Part shown: one piece after another, positions 9,245 to 19,116 of the stretch
Layout: each line of letters opens with the position of its first letter
Numbering within the stretch: position 1 is the stretch's first letter
Source: Pseudobdellovibrionaceae bacterium
GTDB lineage: Bacteria; Bdellovibrionota; Bdellovibrionia; Bdellovibrionales; UBA1609
Direction of reading: 5' to 3'
Assembly: GCA_947444305.1 (NCBI GenBank)
Contig: CANEZP010000001.1
Span: 18,151 to 82,150 of the forward strand
Length of the DNA: 64,000 nt
Made by a program: the position numbers and the translations under genes
The notes under the pieces: generated by a model
What the model saw: the letters and a program-made list of their open reading frames with translations, nothing else
Database searches by the model: none
Told to the model about the DNA's origin: nothing

Positions 9245-10717
9245 ATGTCAGACACAACCGTAAGAGTTCGATTCGCACCATCGCCCACCGGGTATTTGCA
9301 CGTGGGGGGCGCGCGCACGGCTTTGTACAACTATTTGTTCGCAAAACGCCACGGCGGTAAATTCATCCTTCGCATTGAGGACACCGACGAAGCCCGCTCG
9401 ACGGAAGAATCAATGCGCATGCAGATCGCCGACTTGAAATGGTTGGGTCTTACGTGGGATGAGGGCCCCGACCCCGAAACTTTGATCGAGGTGGGCCCGT
9501 ACGGACCATATCGCCAAAGCCAGCGGCAATCCATTTACAAAGAACACGCCGACCGCCTGCTCGCGACGGGTCAGGCTTATTACTGCTTCATGACCGACGC
9601 CGAGATTGAAGTCCAACGTCAACAATCGATGAAAGACGGGCGGCCGCCCCAGGTCAATTCGCCGTACCGCGACTGGCCGATCGAAAAAGCGCAAGAGCGT
9701 CTCGCTACGGGTGAGAAAGCGGCGATTCGCTACAAAGTGGTCGAGAAAAAAGATTACGTGCTCCAAGATCTCGTGCGCGGTGACGTCACCTTTCCGTCCG
9801 ACATGGTGGGTGACTTCGTGATGCTTCGCTCGAGTGGGATGCCGGTCTATAATTTCTGCTGCGCGATCGACGATGCCTTAATGAAGATCACGCACGTGTT
9901 CCGCGCCGAAGAACACTTGAGCAATACGCTCCGTCAAATGATGCTTTACGAAGCCTTCAATTATGAGCTGCCTAAGTTTGGTCACCTCTCGATTATCTTG
10001 GGCTCGGACCGGCAGAAATTATCGAAGCGGCACGGGGCCACTAGCTGCCACGAGTACAACTTGAATGGCTATCTGCCCGAGGCGCTGAACAATTTCATCG
10101 CTTTGCTCGGGTGGTCCTCGCCGAACGCGCAAGAGATTATTTCGATGGACGAAATGATCGCGCAATTTTCGCCCGATCGTTTGAACGCTTCGCCGGCCGT
10201 GTTCGACGAAACCAAGTTGGCTTGGGTGAACGCGACGCATTTGCGCGCGTTGCCCGACGAGGAACTGTGGCGCCGGATCGAGCCGTATTTGAAAGAGGCC
10301 GGTTTCAAGATGCCGACGGACCCCGCTTGGCGTTCGCGTGCTTTGGACACGTTTAAAACTTCGATGAACAATTTGAAAGATTCGGTCGAGCTGTTCCGCT
10401 ACGTTTCGGAAGACGCGATGCCGATCGGCGACGACGCAAAAGAAATTTTGGGTTGGCCCACGACCAAGACGGTCGTCGAAGCTTGGAAAAAGGGCGTCGA
10501 GGCTTCCGGCACCGAATTCATGACCGAAGAGCAATTTTTAAAACTGCAAGACTCAATCAAAGATTCGGCCGGCGTGAAGGGCAAAAATTTATTCCAGCCC
10601 ATCCGGGTGGCGATTATCGGTAAGCCGCAGGGGACCGAGTTGAAAATGCTGGTTCCGTTGCTGCACAAGCATACGCTGATCGCCCGCGCCGATGAAGTTT
10701 TGCGTAAGTTATTATAA
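9245..10717 (+). CDS. gltX: glutamate--tRNA ligase
   Basis: 490 aa. Class I motifs are present: PSPTGYLHVGGART (HIGH) and KLSKRHG (KMSKS). Confidence 0.97.
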   Translation: MSDTTVRVRFAPSPTGYLHVGGARTALYNYLFAKRHGGKFILRIEDTDEARSTEESMRMQIADLKWLGLTWDEGPDPETLIEVGPYGPYRQSQRQSIYKEHADRLLATGQAYYCFMTDAEIEVQRQQSMKDGRPPQVNSPYRDWPIEKAQERLATGEKAAIRYKVVEKKDYVLQDLVRGDVTFPSDMVGDFVMLRSSGMPVYNFCCAIDDALMKITHVFRAEEHLSNTLRQMMLYEAFNYELPKFGHLSIILGSDRQKLSKRHGATSCHEYNLNGYLPEALNNFIALLGWSSPNAQEIISMDEMIAQFSPDRLNASPAVFDETKLAWVNATHLRALPDEELWRRIEPYLKEAGFKMPTDPAWRSRALDTFKTSMNNLKDSVELFRYVSEDAMPIGDDAKEILGWPTTKTVVEAWKKGVEASGTEFMTEEQFLKLQDSIKDSAGVKGKNLFQPIRVAIIGKPQGTELKMLVPLLHKHTLIARADEVLRKLL

Positions 10718-10728
10718 GAGGGGAAGTC

Positions 10729-12186
10729 ATGAGCATCGTCATTCATAATTCGCAGTCGAATAAAAAAGAAGAGTTCGTCCCGCACATCGCCGGTGAAGTT
10801 AAAATGTACGTTTGCGGGCCCACCGTTTACGATTTCCTACACGTGGGAAATTTTCGGGGCGCGATCTTTTTTAACTTGGTCCGTAATTGGTTCGAGTACC
10901 GCGGCTTCAAAGTAAACTTCGTTTACAACTACACCGACGTGGACGACAAAATCATCAATCGCGCGAAGGCCGACGGCGTGTCTGCGGGTGAAATTTCGGA
11001 ACGCTTCATTTCCGAGTTCGAAAAAGACTTCAACTCTTTAGCCTTGAAGAAGCATTCGCATAATCCCAAGGTTACCGATTTCATGAGCGAGATCATCGAA
11101 TTTAATAAAAAGCTGATCGCGAACGGCAAGGCTTACGAAATGGAAGGCGACGTTTATTTCGACGTTCACGCATTTCCGGAATACGGCAAGTTGTCGCACA
11201 AAAAGCTCGAGGATCTCGAGAGCGGCGTGCGCATCGACGTCGATTCGCGTAAAAAGCATTCGGCCGATTTTGCTTTGTGGAAGACCGCTAAAGAGGGCGA
11301 GCCTTTTTGGGAGTCACCGTGGGGCAAGGGCCGGCCGGGCTGGCACATCGAGTGCTCGGCGATGGCGGGGTCGCTGCTCGGCGAGCAGATCGACATTCAC
11401 GGCGGTGGGTTGGATTTGATTTTTCCGCACCACGAAAACGAAGTGGCGCAGTCCGAGGGTGCGCACGGTAAGTCGTTCGCGAAATATTGGATGCACAACA
11501 ACATGCTAAACTTCGGTTCACAGAAGATGTCGAAGTCGCTCGGCAACGTGCGGTCGGCGCGGGACTTCATGAAAGAGTATCATCCCGAAATTTTTAAATA
11601 CCTTATGTTGTCTGCTCATTACCGCAGCATCATCGATTTTTCGCCGCAGCAAATTGAGCACGTGGTGTCGGGGTTGGCGCGCATTTATTCGGCGTTAGGC
11701 TTGGCGGATAGCGCGGCGAAGGTCGCGGGTGACGCGGCGGCGGTGCCTGCCGATTTTCAAAAAGTTTTGGACGAAGCGACGAAGGGTGTGGAAACTTCGC
11801 TCGATGATGATTTCAATACCGCCGAGGCGATGGCGCGTCTATTTGAAGTCGTGCGCACGTTCAACACGTTGGTTCGCACACCGGGACCGGTGACGCCGAA
11901 GAAGGCCGCGGTGGCGAAGGCCTTCTTGAAATGGACTTCGTGGTTGGGTAATCTAATGAGTCTTTTCAATGAGCCACCGGGGGATTTTCTGCGCTTTCTC
12001 GACGATATGTTGTTGAAGCGTAAGAACCTTGACCGCGCCGACATCGACCAACTGGTCGCGGCCCGCGGCGAGGCGCGCTCGGCAAAAGACTTTGCGAAAG
12101 CCGATGAGCTTCGTAAACAACTCTTAGAGATGGGGATCGCCGTGCAGGACACTCCATCCGGAAGTGAATGGGAAGTCGCTAAATGA
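10729..12186 (+). CDS. cysS: cysteine--tRNA ligase
   Basis: 485 aa, with [32 protein letters not shown] and KMSKSLGN. Confidence 0.97.
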   Translation: MSIVIHNSQSNKKEEFVPHIAGEVKMYVCGPTVYDFLHVGNFRGAIFFNLVRNWFEYRGFKVNFVYNYTDVDDKIINRAKADGVSAGEISERFISEFEKDFNSLALKKHSHNPKVTDFMSEIIEFNKKLIANGKAYEMEGDVYFDVHAFPEYGKLSHKKLEDLESGVRIDVDSRKKHSADFALWKTAKEGEPFWESPWGKGRPGWHIECSAMAGSLLGEQIDIHGGGLDLIFPHHENEVAQSEGAHGKSFAKYWMHNNMLNFGSQKMSKSLGNVRSARDFMKEYHPEIFKYLMLSAHYRSIIDFSPQQIEHVVSGLARIYSALGLADSAAKVAGDAAAVPADFQKVLDEATKGVETSLDDDFNTAEAMARLFEVVRTFNTLVRTPGPVTPKKAAVAKAFLKWTSWLGNLMSLFNEPPGDFLRFLDDMLLKRKNLDRADIDQLVAARGEARSAKDFAKADELRKQLLEMGIAVQDTPSGSEWEVAK

Positions 12187-14285
12187 GTCTACGCGCCGTT
12201 CGTACGCCCAAAGGTAAATTTCAGATGGTCACGAAATTTAAACCGGCGGGTGACCAGCCGAAGGCGATCGAACAGCTTGTTGAGAATATTCGTTCGAACG
12301 TTCCGCACCAAACGCTGCTGGGCGTGACCGGGTCGGGGAAGACCTTCACGATGGCGAAGACCATCGAGGAAACGAATCTTCCGACTTTAATCTTGGCGCC
12401 CAATAAAACCTTGGCCGCGCAGCTTTACGCCGAGTTTAAAGAACTGTTCCCGCACAACGCCGTTGAATACTTCGTCAGCTACTACGATTACTATCAGCCC
12501 GAAGCCTACGTGCCCTCGACCGATACGTTCATCGAGAAAGATTCGGCGATCAACGAACAGATCGATCGGATGCGCCACTCGGCGACGCGGTCTTTATTCG
12601 ATCGTCGTGACGTGATTATCGTTTCGTCGGTATCTTGCATTTACGGTCTGGGTTCACCCGAAGCCTACCAAGGGATGATGATTCACATTATCGCTAACAA
12701 GGAAATCCGGCGCGACGTATTCTTACGCGAACTGGTGCGCATCCAGTACAAACGGAACGACGTGGATTTCTCGCGTGGCTCGTTCCGGGTGCGGGGCGAC
12801 GTCGTCGAGATTTTTCCTCCTTACGAAGATGAGCGGGCCATTCGCGTCGAATTCTTTGGCGATTACATCGACCGGGTGGCTTGGGTAGATCCTTTACGCG
12901 GTAAGATTATCGAAGAAGTTGACCAAGTTGCCGTTTATCCCGGATCTCACTACGTGAACTCGGATGATAAGAATAAGACGGCGATCGAGACGATCCGCGA
13001 AGAGCTGCGCGGGCGCATAAATGATTTTCAAACTCAAATGAAGTACATCGAGCGCGAACGCATCGAGCAACGCACGTCTTGGGATCTCGAAATGATCGCC
13101 GAGATGGGGACCTGCCCCGGTATCGAGAACTATTCTCGTCACTTCACCTCGCGGGCGCCGGGTGAAGCGCCTCCCACGCTGATCGAATACTTCCCCGATG
13201 AGTTCTTGTGCTTCATCGATGAATCGCACGTGACCGTTCCGCAGATCGGCGGGATGTACCGGGGGGATCGGGCGCGCAAGATGACGCTCGTTGATTTTGG
13301 TTTTCGTTTACCTTCGGCTTTGGACAATCGGCCTTTAAATTTTCAAGAATTTGAATCGTTGGTTGATAAGGTGATCTACGTTTCGGCCACGCCGGGCGAG
13401 TACGAAATGAAGAAGTCCGAGGGGCTGATCGTCGAGCAAATTATTCGGCCCACTGGCTTGATCGATCCGGTCATTGAAGTGCGACCGGTGAAGCACCAAG
13501 TTGATAACTTGCTTACCGAGATCCACGCGCGCATCGCGAAAAAAGAGCGTGTGCTCATCACGACGCTGACGAAGCGTTCGGCCGAGGATCTTACCTCTTA
13601 TTACGAGGGTCTCGGCATTAAGGTTAAGTATCTGCACAGCGATATCGTCACCTTAGAGCGTACGGAGATCATACGCGATTTGCGGTTAGGTATTTTCGAT
13701 GTTCTTGTTGGGATCAACTTGTTGCGGGAAGGTTTGGATATTCCCGAGGTTTCTTTGGTGGCTATCACCGACGCCGATAAAGAGGGCTTCTTGCGTTCGC
13801 CGCGCTCGCTTGTGCAAACGATCGGCCGGGCCGCACGCCATTTAAACGGGCGGGTGATCATGTACGCCGATAAGATGACCGATTCGATTAATTACGCCAT
13901 CAGCGAGACCGATCGCCGGCGTGCGATCCAAAGTGCTTACAACGTCGAGCACAACATCACGCCCTACACGGTTACCAAGAAAATTTCCGACGGCATGGCC
14001 GATCTCCAGGGTATGGAAGTCATCGTAAAAGACGCGCAAGAGCGCAAACAGGTTTTGCGCGAAAACATCGCTTCTTATTCCGCGGATCCCAAAAAGCTTT
14101 CGCTGCAAATTGCACGTTTGCGCAAGCAAATGAAGAAAGCTTCGGATAACCTGGATTTTGAAGAGGCGGCACGCATTCGTGATGAAGTGAAGCGTCTCGA
14201 GGTGCTGGACCTTACCTTACACAACGGTGAAGTGGACGTGGCCTTTGACGCCACTCAAACCGGAAAAAACGCCGCGGGCGAATAG
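12183..14285 (+). CDS. uvrB: excinuclease ABC subunit B
   Basis: 700 aa, with Walker [10 protein letters not shown], helicase motifs and a C-terminal UVR domain ([17 protein letters not shown]). ATGA overlap with the cysS stop. Confidence 0.97.
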   Translation: MSLRAVRTPKGKFQMVTKFKPAGDQPKAIEQLVENIRSNVPHQTLLGVTGSGKTFTMAKTIEETNLPTLILAPNKTLAAQLYAEFKELFPHNAVEYFVSYYDYYQPEAYVPSTDTFIEKDSAINEQIDRMRHSATRSLFDRRDVIIVSSVSCIYGLGSPEAYQGMMIHIIANKEIRRDVFLRELVRIQYKRNDVDFSRGSFRVRGDVVEIFPPYEDERAIRVEFFGDYIDRVAWVDPLRGKIIEEVDQVAVYPGSHYVNSDDKNKTAIETIREELRGRINDFQTQMKYIERERIEQRTSWDLEMIAEMGTCPGIENYSRHFTSRAPGEAPPTLIEYFPDEFLCFIDESHVTVPQIGGMYRGDRARKMTLVDFGFRLPSALDNRPLNFQEFESLVDKVIYVSATPGEYEMKKSEGLIVEQIIRPTGLIDPVIEVRPVKHQVDNLLTEIHARIAKKERVLITTLTKRSAEDLTSYYEGLGIKVKYLHSDIVTLERTEIIRDLRLGIFDVLVGINLLREGLDIPEVSLVAITDADKEGFLRSPRSLVQTIGRAARHLNGRVIMYADKMTDSINYAISETDRRRAIQSAYNVEHNITPYTVTKKISDGMADLQGMEVIVKDAQERKQVLRENIASYSADPKKLSLQIARLRKQMKKASDNLDFEEAARIRDEVKRLEVLDLTLHNGEVDVAFDATQTGKNAAGE

Positions 14286-14294
14286 GGGTAGTTT

Positions 14295-16166
14295 TTGAAA
14301 GAAGCTCAAGAAGAGCTTAGAGCAAAAGTCGGCAGCTTCCCGCAGGAGCCGGGCGTTTATCTTATGCGCAACGCAAAGGATAAAATCGTTTACGTCGGTA
14401 AGGCGAAGTCCTTACGAAACCGCGTGCGCTCTTATTTCGGTTCGCTCGCCGATCAGTCTTTAAAAACTAAGTACTTGATGATGAATGTCATCAACGTTGA
14501 ATACATCCTGACGAAAACAGAGGTTGAGGCTTTTCTTCTTGAAGCTTCGCTAATTAAAAAGCACCGGCCTCGCTATAATATCCGTCTTAAAGACGACAAG
14601 GCTTATCCTTATATCCGGGTTTCCCTCGAGCATCCTTTCCCGCGCTTCTACCTCGCGCGGCGGGTGTCGGCGGACGGCGCGATGTACTTCGGTCCCTATC
14701 CGTCGGGACTTTCCGTGCGTGAAACGATTCGTTTCTTGAACAAGACTTTCAAAATCAGGGACTGTAACGACACTTTTTTTAAATCGCGAACGCGGCCCTG
14801 CATCTCTCATCAAATAGGGCAGTGCACGGCCCCGTGCGTGAAGCTGGTCGAGAAAGAAGCTTACCGGGTCGACGTCGATTCCGGTTTGGCGTTCTTAAAG
14901 GGCCGCAACACAAAAATCCTAAAAGAACTTACCGCGCGAATGAAGGACGCGGCGGCGCAGGAGCGCTTTGAGTACGCGGGTCGGCTTCGTGACTCCGTTA
15001 AGGCGATCGAACGTATCTGGGAGCGCCAGACGGTCGTGAGCATGCACAAAGATTACGACCAGGATGTGGTTGCGTTCGTCGGTGATTACCGCGGCACCAT
15101 GATCGAAACTTTGCACGTCAGGGGAGGAACCGTAATTGGTTCTCGTCCTCATTTCATTAACAAGTTCGACTGCAATGCCGAAGGCGAAGAAGTAAAGGAC
15201 TGGCTGACGTCCTTTCTCAACCAATACTATTCAGAAAATATCATCCCCGACGAAATTATTCTTCAAGTCGACATCGGCTACGACATCATCAAGCTACTGC
15301 AAGCGGTGTTCATGGAACGCCAGCAGAAGAAAGCCAAGGTCGTGGTGGCTACCGGGACCGAAGGCAAAAAGTTAATGGATCTCACTCTCACCAACGCGAA
15401 AAGCCACTTCACGGATGCCGTGACGAAGGCCGACCGCCAATCGGTCGGGCTCGAGCAAATGCAAACGAAGTTCGGTCTCAAGAACTTACCGCGTAGAATA
15501 GAATGCTACGATATCTCGAACTTTCAAGGCGGCGGCAACGTCGCGAGCCAAGTGGTTTTTGAAGATGGATTGCCGAACAAGTCCGAGTACAAGCGCTACA
15601 GCATCAAGACCGTCGAAGGCGCCAACGACTTTGCCTCTATGAAAGAAGTCTTGAGCCGGCGTTTCAAACACGACGAGTGGGATGATCCTGATCTAGTCGT
15701 CGTCGACGGTGGTAAGGGCCAGCTCAACATGGCGGTTGAAGCGCTCAAAGAAATCGGCAGGCCGGATATCTGTATCGTGGGCATGGCAAAAGCCCGCACG
15801 CTGGGCGAGTTCCATGACGCGGAAGTAGTGGCCAGCCAAGAACGGTTTTTCTTACCGGGCCGGCAAAACCCGATCACGTTTCCAACGAACGCCGAGGCCT
15901 ATCACATTTTGGTGGGCCTGCGCGATGAAGCCCACCGCTTCGCGATCACGTATCACCGCAAAGTGCGCGATAAGACCTCCCTGAGCAGCGTTTTGGACGC
16001 GATCACCGGCCTCGGAGAGAAACGAAAAACGAGTTTGCTAAAAACATTCGGCACAATCGAGGGAATCAAGGCGGCCTCGATGGAGCAATTGACCGACATC
16101 CCCGGCATGAATCGCGTTGTGGCCGAAAGAGTTCTGATCCAGCTACGTGAAGATGAAGAAGAGTAA
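14295..16166 (+). CDS. uvrC: excinuclease ABC subunit C
   Basis: 623 aa, with a GIY-YIG N-terminus (GVYLMRNAKDKIVYVGKAKSLRNRVRSYF), a UVR domain (ERFEYAGRLRDSVKAIE) and a C-terminal HhH region. TTG start. Confidence 0.96.
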   Translation: MKEAQEELRAKVGSFPQEPGVYLMRNAKDKIVYVGKAKSLRNRVRSYFGSLADQSLKTKYLMMNVINVEYILTKTEVEAFLLEASLIKKHRPRYNIRLKDDKAYPYIRVSLEHPFPRFYLARRVSADGAMYFGPYPSGLSVRETIRFLNKTFKIRDCNDTFFKSRTRPCISHQIGQCTAPCVKLVEKEAYRVDVDSGLAFLKGRNTKILKELTARMKDAAAQERFEYAGRLRDSVKAIERIWERQTVVSMHKDYDQDVVAFVGDYRGTMIETLHVRGGTVIGSRPHFINKFDCNAEGEEVKDWLTSFLNQYYSENIIPDEIILQVDIGYDIIKLLQAVFMERQQKKAKVVVATGTEGKKLMDLTLTNAKSHFTDAVTKADRQSVGLEQMQTKFGLKNLPRRIECYDISNFQGGGNVASQVVFEDGLPNKSEYKRYSIKTVEGANDFASMKEVLSRRFKHDEWDDPDLVVVDGGKGQLNMAVEALKEIGRPDICIVGMAKARTLGEFHDAEVVASQERFFLPGRQNPITFPTNAEAYHILVGLRDEAHRFAITYHRKVRDKTSLSSVLDAITGLGEKRKTSLLKTFGTIEGIKAASMEQLTDIPGMNRVVAERVLIQLREDEEE

Positions 16167-16175
16167 AAACTTAGT

Positions 16176-17072
16176 TCATCCGTCGGCGGTGGCTTTGCGC
16201 CTCATCGCTCTTTCCATTTTGCTCTGACCAAAGATCTCAACGGCCGCACGCTGATTACAGTTGCGGCATAACAAGCGCAAATTTTCAAAGCTATCATCAC
16301 CCCCCATGGCCTTCGGCTTTATGTGATCGATCTCAAGAGCATATTTTGATCCACAGTTGCGGCATTTGTTTTTATCGCGCTTCCAAACCTCGCGGCGAAT
16401 GGCCGCGTTGCTCATGACTTTCGCCGTAGGATTTTTCTTCTTTACCCGCGCCGGCGCGGGTGATTTCAAAGCGGCTAACGCGAAATCGCATAGCCAGTGA
16501 TTCAACTCTCCTAAGGAGATTCCAGGATGGCTATGGGCCAACAGATCACGAAGTTCCGATATCTTTTCTTCCAGCGAATCGGAGGCTACGTAACGAAGCA
16601 TGATTTGCGTTTGAGAAACGGCTTTGATTTTATCCGGAATGTGAATATCCGGTGAAACGGAAGCAACGATTCGCTCGGTCGCGCGTTTGGATTTACCCTC
16701 AACCTGTTCAAGAAGATCTAACTTTTCACCCCTGCTCATCTTTCGATTGTTTTTAGCTTCACGGCGAAAAAGAGTTTGGACCTGCGTAAGGGTGGTTAAG
16801 GAGTAGGCGCCCGAATTAACCTTATCCTCGATTTGCGGTAATTCTTTTAGTAAACGCATGGCGGAGATTCTGCGGCATGCCTCGTCTTCCGAATGCATTA
16901 AGCGCTTGGTTAGAAACTCATAGATTGATTTGCATTTGAGCTTTGCGTACAGCCGGCGCCGGTCGATCTCCATAATATAATGCAACGACTGCGTAAGCGT
17001 ATGAAGCTCAACCGATCGGTTTTGCTCGGCCAGCACGATAAGATTATCGTCGGTGATATTTTTTAGGTCCAT
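16176..17072 (-). CDS. HNH endonuclease-domain protein with a long helical N-terminal region
   Basis: 298 aa. The C-terminal KCRNCGSKYALEIDHIKPKAMGGDDSFENLRLLCRNCNQ is an HNH motif. Confidence 0.88.
   Translation of the reverse strand: MDLKNITDDNLIVLAEQNRSVELHTLTQSLHYIMEIDRRRLYAKLKCKSIYEFLTKRLMHSEDEACRRISAMRLLKELPQIEDKVNSGAYSLTTLTQVQTLFRREAKNNRKMSRGEKLDLLEQVEGKSKRATERIVASVSPDIHIPDKIKAVSQTQIMLRYVASDSLEEKISELRDLLAHSHPGISLGELNHWLCDFALAALKSPAPARVKKKNPTAKVMSNAAIRREVWKRDKNKCRNCGSKYALEIDHIKPKAMGGDDSFENLRLLCRNCNQRAAVEIFGQSKMERAMRRKATADG
16444..16466. repeat. copy 1 of a GC-rich palindromic element, inside the HNH gene
   Basis: acccgcgccggcgcgggtgatt (22 nt) is identical to 17185-17206. The palindromic core is acccgcgccggcgcgggt. 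Confidence 0.8.
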
Positions 17073-17180
17073 CGCTACCTCCGCAGGCCTTGCTACAGCA
17101 AGAAATCACGAAGATAAACAATATTTATGATTTATTTTTTTGGCGTACGGACTTCGGAATCAGCGTTCGAAGTGCGGACA

Positions 17181-17206
17181 AATCACCCGCGCCGGCGCGG
17201 GTGATT
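17181..17206. repeat. perfect 26-bp palindrome (copy 2) abutting the stop of the 17205-18953 gene; possible terminator or protein-binding site
   Basis: aatcacccgcgcc/ggcgcgggtgatt is fully self-complementary. It lies in the 132-bp gap between two minus-strand genes. There is no convincing U-tract. Confidence 0.7.
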
Positions 17207-18953
17207 ACTGAAGTTGCATCGGCTCGCTGACCGAACCGTCGACGTACGTGAGCTTCAAGAAAACATTCTTCCAAGCCGACGGCACATCTTGAGATACAAG
17301 CGGATCATCGGGCTGAATCTCGTAGACACGGTAGGCTGAGGCTTTGCCCAATTTGAGTTTGTGATTCAAAGTTTCCGCATCAGGTCCAATGACGGCCGAA
17401 GCAACGGCCGCACGGAACATCAGAAGCTGAACGAGCGTCACGGATTTTTTGCCTTTCCACATCGATACCGGAGCGAGCTCCGACGGGGCCGAAGGCATCA
17501 TCTTTTTTGCCAGCGCCACGAATTCTTTCGCGGGATCAAACTCAACGGGGAATGGACCAAATTCTTTACCCTGATTATCTTTATATTTGATCTCTACGGT
17601 TCCCTTGGAAACGTTTTTCATCGTGAGCGCGGTATTGGGCGTGGGCTGGCCGGTAGAGGCGCTCTTCACGGAGCTCAAGCCAAGTGACTTAAAATCTTTT
17701 TGGCCGGGTAAGCGTACTAATATTTCGGCCGCGTCGTAAGGGACGGTGACGACACCCTCCCATCCATCTTCACGCGGCAGAATCGTCATCTTTGCGCGAG
17801 CGCTTAGATAGGCGTCGCTCATGGTAGCAAATTTGCGCATTCGTGTATTGCCGTCACTTTCTAAAGAAACGGCCATTCTCTTATCGATGAAATATTTAGT
17901 GAACAAACCGCGATCGCTTAATGCTTTAAATTTCTCAAGCGATTCTCGTTCGCGTTTAAGATTGTCGAGGGTTTGTTGTCCTTGCTCCGGCGCCGAATAA
18001 TCTCGCGAGAGGTAAAAGAAGACCGGCGCGTACTCGGGGGAGTCTTTCGCCAATTGTTCCAACGCCGTGATTCGGGCTTCGCGATCGAGCATCAGTGCAC
18101 GCGCCAATAAGGGCGCCGTCTCCGTTCCGTTTAAAAAAGTTGAGTAAGCTTCGCGCGCGGCCGCTGGTCCGTCTTGCAATTTCATAAGCGCAGACAACGC
18201 AAGGTGCGGATCCAAGTAGGGGAGATTACCCTTCATGTATTCAACATAACTTTGGCGTGCCTTTACCGCTTCGCCACGAAGCTCGTACAGTCGCGCGTTA
18301 AAATAATAGTCTTCGGGAGTAGCTGGTTTGCCGATCGCCGCGGTGTTCTTATCCATCGATGCGAGACGCTGGTTAAGGCCGTCTAGCTTTTCGTTTAATC
18401 CCGCAAGGGCCTTTTTGATGTCGGCGTTGCCGGCTTCGATACGGTCCGCCGATTTTTCAATGCGGTCGGCGCTTTGTTGAAGCTTTAAAACTTGCTGCTG
18501 CAATTGTTGGATGAACGGAAAAGTGTTCGCCATAAGGCCTTTTTCCGGTTCATCGCCGGCAAACACCTTTTGCGCCCCGAAGAAAAGCAAAAGCACGATC
18601 GAAGAAATTAAAGTAAATGCGAAAATCGTCGGCCATGTGCTCGTGCTGGTTATGTGATGAAACTCATCCGCATCTATGTTTCCATCCGCGAGTGCGTGGC
18701 GAATTTGACGTTTTTTTATCCCGTACCAGATCACCCCTGAAACTGCGCAAAGAAACGTGGCGCCGAACGCGAGGTAGGCCGTGACCGGGCCTAGCGGTGC
18801 TAGAACATCGGAGCAGAAGCCGCCGCAGGCGCCGATTGGTAAGGCTATGCGGGCCGCGCGGTCCCAGAGATCGCGCGCGTTGGTCTTAGCGACCTCGGCG
18901 ATTTTAATAGACTGTCTTTTTTCGGGCGGTGGCAAACTAGCTGCGGTATTCAT
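17205..18953 (-). CDS. membrane protein of unknown function (N-terminal TM helices, coiled coil, TPR-like helices, C-terminal beta-rich domain)
   Basis: 582 aa. Hydrophobic segments include ALPIGACGGFC..LAFGATFLCAVSGVIWYG and IFAFTLISSIVLLLFFG. The heptad-like stretch is QQLQQQVLKLQQSADRIEKSADRIEAGNADIKKALAGLNEKLDGLNQRL. I recognise no family. Confidence 0.7.
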   Translation of the reverse strand: MNTAASLPPPEKRQSIKIAEVAKTNARDLWDRAARIALPIGACGGFCSDVLAPLGPVTAYLAFGATFLCAVSGVIWYGIKKRQIRHALADGNIDADEFHHITSTSTWPTIFAFTLISSIVLLLFFGAQKVFAGDEPEKGLMANTFPFIQQLQQQVLKLQQSADRIEKSADRIEAGNADIKKALAGLNEKLDGLNQRLASMDKNTAAIGKPATPEDYYFNARLYELRGEAVKARQSYVEYMKGNLPYLDPHLALSALMKLQDGPAAAREAYSTFLNGTETAPLLARALMLDREARITALEQLAKDSPEYAPVFFYLSRDYSAPEQGQQTLDNLKRERESLEKFKALSDRGLFTKYFIDKRMAVSLESDGNTRMRKFATMSDAYLSARAKMTILPREDGWEGVVTVPYDAAEILVRLPGQKDFKSLGLSSVKSASTGQPTPNTALTMKNVSKGTVEIKYKDNQGKEFGPFPVEFDPAKEFVALAKKMMPSAPSELAPVSMWKGKKSVTLVQLLMFRAAVASAVIGPDAETLNHKLKLGKASAYRVYEIQPDDPLVSQDVPSAWKNVFLKLTYVDGSVSEPMQLQ

Positions 18954-19116
18954 AAAGGTATTTTCGGCAGGCTAGCCCCCAAATTTGAACTATCTCGCCT
19001 GTATCGTAGCGATTCGCAAAATGATTCGTTTCATTGTGAGAGCACCTATATTCAACGGCGTACCAATGCCGATATGATCATATAAGTATCAATAAGTAGA
19101 ACGTTTGAGGTCCCAT

